Notes under the pieces: model-generated
What the model was told of the DNA's origin: nothing
Databases searched by the model: none
The model's input: only the letters and a program-made list of their open reading frames with translations
Assembly (NCBI GenBank): GCA_963817895.1
Contig: CAWFQB010000014.1
Location: forward strand, 256,001 to 320,000
Direction: 5' to 3'
DNA: 64,000 bases
From: an uncultured Chthonomonadaceae bacterium
GTDB taxonomy: Bacteria > Armatimonadota > Chthonomonadetes > Chthonomonadales > Chthonomonadaceae
Part shown: in pieces, positions 36,247 through 45,979 of the stretch
Layout of the letters: each line of letters opens with the position of its first letter
How positions within the stretch are numbered: position 1 is the first letter of the stretch
Translations under genes and position numbers: made by a program

Positions 36247-38343
36247 TTACAGCGTCACGCCCTCAAACGCAACGACTTGTTGTGTCAAAACAACGGGCAG
36301 GGTGACATGGCAGTAGGCGTCCTTCTGCTCAAACGCCAGTTCTTCGCCGGACGGAACCAAAACCACGCGAGACGGAGCTTTACCCGTCCGAACCGCGAAG
36401 GAAACATTGTTGGCGGGAGTGGCTTCCTCTATAAACTCGTTTGTTGCGGTGCGGCGTTGTGGCTGGAAGTTGACGACGTGCGCGACAAGCCGATTAGCCG
36501 CCTTTTGCTGCAATACGGCGATTTCCATAGCGGGCGACACGTTCTGCCCTGTCCGTACTATCGGTTCCGGCAATAGGCGGTTGAGCAGCTTGGCAATAAT
36601 GTCTTTATAAACGAAAAAAGCGTCCTCGCGATAACCTCGGAACGCGGCGGCGTAGATGTACGCGCTGCTCTCATCCCCGGCGAGAACGGCGACAGGGTAT
36701 TGCGTGGTTTTGTCATGCGGGGTTTGCGCGTGGGAGGAGAAGTGTTCGGGGGCGCGATTGAAGTAGGGTTCCAGCACGTTTCCCAATGCGGTTGCGCCGT
36801 CAACGGCCTCCACATACGACCCGGCGCGGTAATTCACGAACTCGCTGTCCGGCAGACCTGCCCCTAATACGTCGCCAAGTTTCATATAGGAGGGCGTATA
36901 GGGACACTCCTGAATATAGCGAACGGGAGTATTGGGAACGGTAAATTGACCGTCATGCAGACCAGCCTTGTGCGAAAACAGGAGTTTGCCGCCCTGCGCC
37001 ATATACGATTCCAGACGGGTACGCATATCTGAGGTAAGAAAGCCGTTATCGGGAATAATGACCACTTTATACTTGTGGAGGTTGTCGCGGTCGGGCGTTT
37101 CCCCGTTCCACTGATGCTTTAAGGCGGCAAGCGCGGCGGCAGCGCCCTCGATGTTGGTGTCCATCTTCACCATGCCGCGCGTGTCATTCTCTCCCGCTTC
37201 CGCCGTTTCCTGACTGTCGGGCAGCAGCAGCACGGCGATGTCGGCAAGCGGCTGCGCGTCCCGGCAATACTCCTCGACGGCTTCCACCTTCGCAAAAGTG
37301 TCGCCGATAACCTGATACGCGCCCCTGTCCAGCGTGCCGCGCGGATGCAGTTGGTCGCCGATGTTGATAACGCCGCCCGCCGCCAGAATCGTCGCTGCCT
37401 CGTAGTGCAATTGCGCGGTTGTTTTCAAGCCGCCGAAATCTGCCCACGACTTGTGAAACCGCGCGGTCATGCCTTGCAGCGGGCGATCATAACTGCGAAC
37501 CACGCGGGAATGGCACGGGAAAAACAGGTATCCCCAACCACCCGTCGTCAGCGATTCGATTTCCAGATGCGTAAGGGTGTCCAGTTCCCGATGCACATTG
37601 GGCGTCACGCGGGAGTTGAAAAAGGTTGTGGAGTTCGGGCGCAGTTCCCGACATAACGCGGCAAGCCGGGTCGTGTATTCGCGCAAAATCTGGAACGTTT
37701 GACGACGATGCGCTGCCTTGTCGTCGCGCCGATGCCCCTCTTTTTCCAATCGCGCAAGGCACTTTTCGCAAAAGCAGCCGGGATCGGGCGGATAGTAGCA
37801 CATGTCGTAAAAGATGCCGTCCGCGTCATAGTTCGTCAGCACTTCGCGGGTCTGCTCGGCCACATAATCAATGTACTCGGTGTTGTTCAGGCACACCTGA
37901 TACCATTTGGCCTCGTTGTACGCTGGCCCCCACAGTTTACCGTCTTCCAATCGGCACAGCAGGTCTGGGCGGGTCATGCCGATATGCTGATCTACACGTA
38001 CCGAAATGTAAACGGGCGTAGCGATCCCGCGCTTTTTGCAGGCTTCGATTTGCGCCCCAAGCAGATCGAACTTCAGGCCGGGGTGCATCATGCCCAAACC
38101 CGCTTTCGTCGGATAGTAGCTCATCCCGTGATGGCATTTGCCGAACAGCGTGACCCAGTTTACACGGGCATTGGCAAGCGTATCGGCAAACTGTTCCGCG
38201 TCAAACTCGGTTCCCACATCGGGTATCAGCGGGGACGTATGAAAATCCAGATGTATCTGGCGGTAGCGGTCAGCGACAAGCTGCGCGGCGGTCAACGCTG
38301 ACGCGGCGGAAGTTTCGGCAGGCATAACGTGAAAACTCCTCAT
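36247..38343 (-). CDS. Glycoside hydrolase, alpha-L-fucosidase-like (GH151-like)
   Basis: RQIHLDFHTSP, KCHHG..YYPT, RFHKSWADFGG, GDQLHPRG. Confidence 0.75.
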   Translation of the reverse strand: MRSFHVMPAETSAASALTAAQLVADRYRQIHLDFHTSPLIPDVGTEFDAEQFADTLANARVNWVTLFGKCHHGMSYYPTKAGLGMMHPGLKFDLLGAQIEACKKRGIATPVYISVRVDQHIGMTRPDLLCRLEDGKLWGPAYNEAKWYQVCLNNTEYIDYVAEQTREVLTNYDADGIFYDMCYYPPDPGCFCEKCLARLEKEGHRRDDKAAHRRQTFQILREYTTRLAALCRELRPNSTTFFNSRVTPNVHRELDTLTHLEIESLTTGGWGYLFFPCHSRVVRSYDRPLQGMTARFHKSWADFGGLKTTAQLHYEAATILAAGGVINIGDQLHPRGTLDRGAYQVIGDTFAKVEAVEEYCRDAQPLADIAVLLLPDSQETAEAGENDTRGMVKMDTNIEGAAAALAALKHQWNGETPDRDNLHKYKVVIIPDNGFLTSDMRTRLESYMAQGGKLLFSHKAGLHDGQFTVPNTPVRYIQECPYTPSYMKLGDVLGAGLPDSEFVNYRAGSYVEAVDGATALGNVLEPYFNRAPEHFSSHAQTPHDKTTQYPVAVLAGDESSAYIYAAAFRGYREDAFFVYKDIIAKLLNRLLPEPIVRTGQNVSPAMEIAVLQQKAANRLVAHVVNFQPQRRTATNEFIEEATPANNVSFAVRTGKAPSRVVLVPSGEELAFEQKDAYCHVTLPVVLTQQVVAFEGVTL

Positions 38344-38466
38344 AAAAGGTAATCTATATCCACATTCCTAATATTTTCGACAACAGGCAGGCCATTCCCT
38401 GCAAACTCTTGTAATTGCAGGTTATTTGCATCTTTTCACTGAAAATTCGGCCCGTAGAAAACGATC

Positions 38467-39312
38467 ATGCAGCAGCAAACACAACAGGAAGAGGCGCAGT
38501 CATGGCAAGTTGCGCCAACTTCCACAACAACAAAGAGTGATGAAACGCTGGCGCAATCTTCCGAGACTTCAAAGCATAACTATGCCCGGATGAAAGCGAC
38601 AGTGCATGATTTACATCATCAGGCGCTAAGGCGACATATATACAGAATTACATCAGGATTGTCGCTATGTCTCATAGGGCTGATGGTTCTCGCATTCAGT
38701 TTGCTCCATTCTGCGTTTTACTTTTTAAATATTATTCTTCCTCTGTGTTTTCTTTTTTATTTTCGGGGCCTCGCAGGACGGCAGGAAGCAAAATCTCGTT
38801 CCATTTTGGAAAGCATTAAAGATTTACGTCTGGTTGGACCTTTGGCCCAGGCGCTGGATGCAGAAAAGACAACGCATCAGTCGTATATTGCAGGCGCGTT
38901 ATGCCGCCTGCTGCCCAGATTGCAAGCCTCAGACGCTTCGCTTCTTAATAAGGAACAACGCGCTTGCTTGAACAGCCTGCTCACGCGGCGACGCTTGCGA
39001 CACCGACACGGCGGTAAAGTGTTAATACTGGCTATACTGAAAGCGTTAGAGCAGATTGGCGATAAGGATGCTCTTCCTGCGGTGCAGAAACTGGCGCAAT
39101 GGTCGTCCGACAAAGACATCAGGCAAGCTGCCAACAATTGCCTGCCTTATCTGCATGATCGAGCCGAGGCTTATAAACGTGGAGCGATGTATTTGCGTCC
39201 TGCCGATGCGCGAACCTCTGGTTCCGACGTTCTGTTGCGCTCCTCCACAAGTATGACTCAGCCACAGCAGACGCCACCGGACCAGTTGCTTCGCGCCCAT
39301 AATGAGGAATAA
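38467..39312 (+). CDS. Membrane protein with HEAT-like repeats
   Basis: Two TM helices; DLRLVGPLAQAL, LKALEQIGDKDALPAV. Confidence 0.7.
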   Translation: MQQQTQQEEAQSWQVAPTSTTTKSDETLAQSSETSKHNYARMKATVHDLHHQALRRHIYRITSGLSLCLIGLMVLAFSLLHSAFYFLNIILPLCFLFYFRGLAGRQEAKSRSILESIKDLRLVGPLAQALDAEKTTHQSYIAGALCRLLPRLQASDASLLNKEQRACLNSLLTRRRLRHRHGGKVLILAILKALEQIGDKDALPAVQKLAQWSSDKDIRQAANNCLPYLHDRAEAYKRGAMYLRPADARTSGSDVLLRSSTSMTQPQQTPPDQLLRAHNEE

Positions 39313-39515
39313 GGCATTTGCCGTTCTGGTTTACTTCTCGCTTTATAGCGGCAAATAACCGTAAAAATATAAGCCGGGGAACACCATTCTTGCCTATTCC
39401 GTCTGCTACGCATGGATTAAGTTGTTAGTTGCTAGTTTATAATGTTGTCAGTTATCAAGTTGTTCAAACCCTATTTACTTGACAACTAACAACTTAACAA
39501 CCTACTCTTGGAGTT

Positions 39516-40883
39516 TTGCCAGTCATGTCAATGTGGGGAATTGGGGCGGCTATAGCGCTGGTGTTGCTAAACGCCTTTTTTGTAGCCGCCGAGTATTCGG
39601 TGGTGTCTGTCCGTCGCACCCGCATTGATGAGTTAGTTGAGGAGGGCATCCGCTCCGCGCTCATCGTTCAGCGCATCAAGAGCAACCTCGAAGCGTATTT
39701 AACGGCCTCGCAGTTAGGCGTCACGCTTGCAAGCCTCGGGTTGGGTTCTGTTGGCGAACCGGCGATTGCCCATGCGATTGAACCCTGGTTTCAGGAACAT
39801 CTCGGAAATCTCGCAGGCAAGGGCGCGGCAAACATCATCGGTGTCGCGGTTGCCTTCACCCTCATTACCTATCTGCATATTGTTTTCGGTGAACTGGGGC
39901 CGAAGTGGGTGGCTATCGGCAAGCCGGACCGTATCGCCCTCCTGACCGCCGTTCCTTTTGAACTGTTTTACCGCGCGTTTTATCCCCTTGTGCGCCTGAT
40001 AACCTCAACGGGTACGATGCTGCTCAAACCGCTGGGCGTAGAGCCTGTCGGGGAACATGAAACCGCTTATTCTGAAGATGAATTGCGCCGCATCCTGTCG
40101 AAATCGGAAGAAGCGCACACCATACCCGAAGTGGCAGGAGAAATCGCTGACCGCGCGTTCCACTTCGGCAGGGGCAAGGTGCGCGACGTGATGACTCCCC
40201 GCCCCGAAGTAGTCTATCTCACGCTGGAACAGCCGCTGGAACAGAGCCTTGCCCTCGTTCAGAAAACAAGCTACGCCCGGTTTCCCGTATGTCGGGGCAA
40301 TCTGGAAAACGTGATCGGGCGCGTCCATGTGCGCGATCTGATGTCGCTGGCGTGGGAGAGTGATCGAATCGCTTCGGCAGATTCCTCGGCGCGAATGGAA
40401 GCCCTTTGCGGCCCCGTCCTGTTCGTGCCGGAAACCAAATCTCTGGACGCCATGCTGGACGATTTTCGCGCCGGACGCATGGAGATGGCAATCGTGCAGG
40501 ACGAGTACGGCGTGACGGCGGGAGTGATAACGCTGGAAGATATATTAGAAGAACTGGTCGGTGAAATTCAGCAGGAGTTTACTCCGTCCCTGCCGGAGAT
40601 TCACCCCCTGCCGGATGGCTCGTATCTCGTTGATTATAAAGTGACGCTGGCGCGACTGGCGCGCGATTACAACATTGAAATCGAAGCGCCGGACATTGAA
40701 ACCATTGGCGGTTACGTCCTCGCCACGCTTCCCGGCAACCCCAAAATCGGCGACAAAACCCGGATCGTCGGCTGGCAGGCCGAAGTCGCGGAACTGGCGG
40801 GCCGCCGCATCCGCCGCGTCCGCCTCACTCCAATGGCCCCACAATCAAACGAAAACCCGCATGAACGCGCCACAAATAGTTAG
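39516..40883 (+). CDS. CNNM/CBS/CorC (hemolysin family) protein
   Basis: NAFFVAAEY, GELGPK, MTPR, DEYG..G..TLEDILEE. Confidence 0.92.
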   Translation: MPVMSMWGIGAAIALVLLNAFFVAAEYSVVSVRRTRIDELVEEGIRSALIVQRIKSNLEAYLTASQLGVTLASLGLGSVGEPAIAHAIEPWFQEHLGNLAGKGAANIIGVAVAFTLITYLHIVFGELGPKWVAIGKPDRIALLTAVPFELFYRAFYPLVRLITSTGTMLLKPLGVEPVGEHETAYSEDELRRILSKSEEAHTIPEVAGEIADRAFHFGRGKVRDVMTPRPEVVYLTLEQPLEQSLALVQKTSYARFPVCRGNLENVIGRVHVRDLMSLAWESDRIASADSSARMEALCGPVLFVPETKSLDAMLDDFRAGRMEMAIVQDEYGVTAGVITLEDILEELVGEIQQEFTPSLPEIHPLPDGSYLVDYKVTLARLARDYNIEIEAPDIETIGGYVLATLPGNPKIGDKTRIVGWQAEVAELAGRRIRRVRLTPMAPQSNENPHERATNS

Positions 40884-40907
40884 CGCTACTCCCTTTGATT
40901 CGTCGCT

Positions 40908-40943
40908 AAACCGTCCTGCATGATTGTTCATGCAGGACGGTTT
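40908..40943. terminator. Bidirectional terminator
   Basis: aaaccgtcctgcatga...tcatgcaggacggttt between convergent genes. Confidence 0.8.
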
Positions 40944-40996
40944 ATATTTGCCTCTATGCGCTTGTATCAAAACAGCGCAGTTGAAGCATGTTTTGT

Positions 40997-41881
40997 TTAC
41001 TGGCAGCCCAATTTGTACGGGTCCCAGATGCTGGATGAGCCGCCCGTTACAAGGTCAGGATCGAACACCAGACGGTCGTAGGGCATAAACTTGCTGTGTC
41101 CATCCAGAAACATCGCGTTGAGCTGCCCTGAATGTCGCGCTTTGCCGTCGGAAAGCACCCCGGCGTTTGAAGGGTCATCCGGGTTATTGCTGCCGGTCGT
41201 GAAGTTATACAGGCTGTTGCCCATGTTCTTCCAGTATTAGGGGTATGTGCTGGCCGTTGGGTCTACGGGTGATGTGGGCACGCCATACGTCTCCCCTTTG
41301 AGCTTGCAGGGGCCGGAAGTCTGTTTTGGGCCGTGTGGCAGCGTACTGTAATAGGTTGCGTCCACCATGCCAACAGTGCTGGCTGTTGCTGAAATGGAGG
41401 CGATACTCAGCCCGGAATTGGAACGGAACAAATAGTTGCTCATGCCGTAGGAGTTCTCGCCGCCATAGTTTTGGAACGCGCCGGTCGCGCCCGTTTTATT
41501 ATCAATGTTGACCCACTGCGTCACCCCGGACGGGCATTTCCAAACATCATCGTTCTTAATGTATGGATTCAGCAGTTGGTTGATAAAAATCATGTCTTTC
41601 GCCGATGTGCCAACGCGGGCATCGCCGGCGTAAGGGTTGATATTCGAACCAGCAGGGCCATTGAAACGATAGCCCGGCAGTTGCTCATCATAGTCCTGAA
41701 TGTACATTTGTACGGCTGTACCCATCTGCTTGGTATTGGATAGGCACGAGGTCTGCCGCGCTTTGGCGCGAGCCTACGCAAATACGGGGAACAGAATAGC
41801 GGCAAGAATGGCGATGATAGCGATAACCACAAGCAATTCAATCAGAGTGAAACCCTGACGGCGCAAGATAATTCGATTCAC
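40997..41881 (-). pseudogene. DUF1559 prepilin-type/H-X9-DG protein with two in-frame stops
   Basis: [18 protein letters not shown] (TAG 41776-41774); STYP*YWKN (TAA 41239-41237); RHSGQLNAMFLDGH. Confidence 0.8.
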
Positions 41882-42098
41882 AGTGCGATCCTTTCAATCT
41901 CGTCATAGTGTCACGCGCAGATATGGCGCGACCCTGAGGAAAATGTAAGAACAGCATTGTTCTTTCGTCATACTCTCATACGGAACCGACCATCATGGTC
42001 GGCCTGCGTTACAGGCAAACTACTGTACCATCAACCCGGCGCAGGCGTCAAATTTACGATGAACACAACGCAAAGGGTCAATGATCGAAGATGCCCCT

Positions 42099-42404
42099 CT
42101 ATGCTTGCTTTTCAACTTCTTCACGAAACGGCAACGTCCATTGTCGCGCGTTCACGACATTTGCGCGAACGTGGGGCGCAAAATTATCAAGCAGACGGGC
42201 CAGAGTCCGTTCCCGGAACGCCGGGGTTGTTTCCGAAGCAGGCTCCGCCTCCCGCAGCATGGTTCGCGCCTGCTGCAAGGTGTGCAGTTCCGCCGCGCAA
42301 GCCTGACAGCGCAGCAAATGCCGCTCCATCTTGCGCGCGGTTTCCATCGGCAGTTCCCCATCCATGTGCAAATCCAACAAATCCCGCAGTTCGTCACAAC
42401 ACAT
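42099..42404 (-). CDS. Zinc-binding anti-sigma factor (zf-HC2)
   Basis: DGEL..HLLRCQAC. Confidence 0.85.
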   Translation of the reverse strand: MCCDELRDLLDLHMDGELPMETARKMERHLLRCQACAAELHTLQQARTMLREAEPASETTPAFRERTLARLLDNFAPHVRANVVNARQWTLPFREEVEKQA

Positions 42405-42516
42405 AGATAGCTCCTTAGATACGAGATAGGAGATACGAGGAATTCAATTATACGTTTTCGTCAGATTGTGCTGGATACAATGTACTGAACTCGTATCTCG
42501 TATCTCCTATCTTCCT

Positions 42517-43089
42517 CTACTCTTCCCACAACTCCGTCAAATGGGCGCGGAGGGCGCGGCGAGCGCGGTACAGCAGAGATTTTGTGGCGGGCAGGGATTT
42601 TTCCATCGCCAATGCCACTTCCCGCGCGTCCCACTCTTCCACATCGCACAGCGTCAATACCAGACGGTGTTCCGGTTCCAGTTCGGACAGGGCGCGTCGT
42701 ACCAGCACACCGGTTTCCATCTGGCCCGCCTGCTGTCCGCCGTCCGTCAATCGCTCCGCCGCCTCCGGTTCAAGGAGCAGCAATCGTGGCTGCCGCAGGC
42801 GGTCCAGGCACAGGTTGCGCGTGATTGCAAATAGCCAGCCCCGAAACGGACACTCGCCCCGAAACGAAGCCGCGCGTTCAAAAGCCCGCAGAAACGCTTC
42901 CGAAGTGACCTCTTCCGCATCCTCACGGTTTTCCAGCAGATGCCGCGCAAAGGCAAAAACCCGTTCAACGTGCATCTCGAATAAAACCCCCAACGCTTCC
43001 GGTTCCCCGGCCTGCAAGCGGGCAATCAAACGCCGTTCATACGCCGTTTCGCGATGCTGACCATTCCTTCCGCTCCCCTCGCCCGCCAT
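42517..43089 (-). CDS. ECF sigma factor
   Basis: DAEEVTSEAF, WLFAITRN, KSLLYRARR. Confidence 0.92.
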   Translation of the reverse strand: MAGEGSGRNGQHRETAYERRLIARLQAGEPEALGVLFEMHVERVFAFARHLLENREDAEEVTSEAFLRAFERAASFRGECPFRGWLFAITRNLCLDRLRQPRLLLLEPEAAERLTDGGQQAGQMETGVLVRRALSELEPEHRLVLTLCDVEEWDAREVALAMEKSLPATKSLLYRARRALRAHLTELWEE

Positions 43090-43401
43090 GCCTCTCCTCC
43101 AACCGACGCCCTGCGCGTTCAAAAAGTGTCGCGCCCATACAAAAATTTATTAAATCATTTTCAAATTGTTCAGAATTCATTGTGACACAAAATTTGTATG
43201 CAGCGGCGCCCCTTCTCCCGGGCTTTTTTGGAGAAGGGCAGTGTCCACAAGTGGACGCCCGGTTGAGGGCATCTTTGCATCATTGGAACATTTGACGTAC
43301 TCTTCTGCGTCCTTAAAAGAACAAGCGGCAGGTCAATTGCTGACACAACCCTGAACTTTCCACTGCCAACGCCTGTCAATCCATCCTTTGAGCGAATATC
43401 A

Positions 43402-43952
43402 ATGAACAAACTTGCAAAATTCTCCGACGCCGGAACAAGCCTGTCGCAGATGTCGTATCATCACATGCTGATGCTCCTGCTTAATGCCGTCGGCATTGGC
43501 TTGATTCTGGTAATTACCACGTTTCTGGAAATGAAGTATCTCAGCGGCTACGAGGCGCAATTCACCCCGGATGCGGACGATGATGACGACGACGGAGGGC
43601 GGCTCTCCTGTAAAAGTGAAAGCCGAAAAGCGCGGGCAAAGACGATACGCTGCAAATGTTTCTGGGAGCCTCCAACCTGCTCTTTCTATGCGTGGGCTTG
43701 ACGGGACTGATGCTGCTGGTCAACGACAATCTGGCCCGCGCCTTTGCCATTGCCGCTGCTATCGCCCTCGTCCGGTTCCGCGTCAAACTGGATCAGAAAA
43801 GCATCAACGCCTCCCTGCTGTTCGCCATTCTTGCGGGTATGGCCTGCGGCCTGGACGCGATCGAACTGGCGTGGACATCCACCGGCATCTATATCGCGCT
43901 GTTTGCGTTGCTTCTGCTATTCGTGCAGTTCATCAAGCCGAAAACGCCGTAA
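43402..43952 (+). CDS. DUF4956-like membrane protein (frameshift near 43600)
   Basis: NDNLARAFAIAAAIALVRFR, GMACG. Confidence 0.7.
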
Positions 43953-44021
43953 GTCCACAGCAGCCGCCCACCTTCTCAAATCGACGCCTGACAAGTCATC
44001 TACAAACATAAGGAAGCCTAC

Positions 44022-45145
44022 GTGGAACTTTTGACGCAGCCTGGTTCCGGTATCAAGCCCCTTCTCAGCGGCATTGACCAGGCCAAAGAAACTATCCAGA
44101 TCGTTATTTTCCGGTTCGACAGGGGCGAGATCGAAGCCGCGCTTTCCCGCGCGGCGCGGCGCGGGGTGTTTGTCCATGCCCTTGTCGCGTATACCAGCAC
44201 GGGGCAGGGCGGTGAGCGCACCCTGCGCAATCTGGAAATGCGACTGCTTTCCGACGGCGTGAGCGTGGCGCGTACCGCAACCGACCTGGTTCGCTACCAC
44301 GACAAATTGATGATCGTGGATAAGCAGAAACTGTTCATGCTCGGCTTCAACTATACCTATATTGACATTGAGCGCAGCCGCAGTTTCGGCATTGCCACGG
44401 AAAAGTCCGAATGGGTAGAGGAGGCGGAAAAACTGTTCCTTGCTGACGCCACGCGCCAGACCTATACCCCGACGTGCGACACGTTTCTGGTCAGTCCGGG
44501 CAACTCGCGCGCGCAGCTTACCCAATTCATTCAGGCCGCAAAGAAACAATTGTTGATCTACGACGGCAAACTGTCCGATCCCGAAATGATGCGCCTGCTG
44601 ATGCACAAGGCAAAAGAGGGCGTTGAAATTCGCGTTATCGGCAAGGCAGGGAAACACTCGCCCGGCATCGTTGTCGCGCCCCTCGACATGCGCCTTCACG
44701 CCCAGGCGATCGTGCGCGATGGCGAACAGATGTATCTCGGCAGCCAGAGCCTCCGCGCTCTGGAACTTGATCAACGCCGCGAAGTGGGCTGTATTCTGGA
44801 TGATAAAGACATTATTCAGAAAGTTCTGTCTACGTTTGAAGCGGACTGGGGCCGCATCAAAAACCGGCAGGATGTGCCACTTAACGGAGGCGGAAATCGA
44901 GGCGGATGACTCCACGCCCAATGTTACTGAATTGCCGCCGCAGCCACTTCCTGCCGCTTCCCTGCCCCCGGCCACTGCTGGTCAAAGAGGCGGTCAAAGA
45001 GGCCATCAAAGACATTCTGCTGGAAAACCTGCCCGAAACCCCGGAAACCAAAGCCATCAAAGAGGCGGTCAAGGAAGCCGCCAAAGAAGCCGTGCGCGAA
45101 GTGACGGGAACGCTGGATATAGAGAATAGCGGAGTGGTGCAGTAG
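44022..45145 (+). CDS. Phospholipase D-like protein with KEAV-repeat tail (frameshifts near 44880-44980)
   Basis: HDKLMIVD and a degenerate second motif HAQAIVRD..GSQS. Confidence 0.8.
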
Positions 45146-45217
45146 GAAGCCTTGTAACAAGTATGAACCTTGTTGCCCCTACATCCCAATAACCTACTCC
45201 TACTCCCCTGTTTCCTG

Positions 45218-45247
45218 TTGACTTCCCATAGCAAATTGTGCTAAACT
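45218..45247 (+). promoter_or_regulatory. rpsO promoter
   Basis: TTGACT-18-TAAACT with extended TG. Confidence 0.55.
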
Positions 45248-45281
45248 GTGGGGTAATAGGTTCAATAAGGAGGTTTCACGA

Positions 45282-45557
45282 GTGCCGCTGAAGAAAGATA
45301 TGAAAAAAGACGTTATTGTTGGCAACGCCGTAACTGAAGGCGATACTGGTTCTGCCGAAGTGCAGGTCGCGCTGCTGACCGCCCGCATCAATCAACTGAC
45401 CGATCACCTGCGCGAACATAAGCACGATCACCACTCCCGCCGGGGCCTGTTTATGATGGTCGGACGCCGCAAGCGGATGCTGTCGTACCTGGTCAAGACC
45501 GACATTGACCGCTATCGCGCCCTGGTCGGCAAGCTGAGCATCCGCAGCAAAATTTAA
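45282..45557 (+). CDS. rpsO: 30S ribosomal protein S15
   Basis: [24 protein letters not shown]. Confidence 0.98.
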   Translation: MPLKKDMKKDVIVGNAVTEGDTGSAEVQVALLTARINQLTDHLREHKHDHHSRRGLFMMVGRRKRMLSYLVKTDIDRYRALVGKLSIRSKI

Positions 45558-45979
45558 TCGCGCTTTGGCGCATTTTTCTGTGCCTTTGTACCGACAGGCA
45601 TACTATTTCGGACATTCGCTATTATCTGCTTGAATGTCCGGCAAGGTTGTCGGGGCGATTATTCCCGGCAAACGCCCTATCGGCAGTCGGCTATTCTTCG
45701 TATTCGGATGCTTTTTCGACGAGAACGCCAGGGTTCAGGGTAAGCGGATTTAACCGTCCGTTTTCCCTGACCCCTCCTATTTCTTTTCGGTCTCCTGCAA
45801 TCCTCCCGGAATGCCGACTGCCTTTGCTCACTTATGGCAGGGATGCTTCGGTGTCCGTCCTTTATCCCGCTTTGTCCGTTGTCCCGATTGCTGTACATTC
45901 GGGCTTTTGCCCGATGGACTGCAGAGCCGGCGGATAGCAGACTACGGGAACGTCCTGCCCTACCCTTCAGGAGAATACG

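Noticed and set aside
40997..41881. Genome-wide TAA/TAG-to-Gln recoding
   Set aside because: Many neighbouring conserved genes end normally at TAA or TAG
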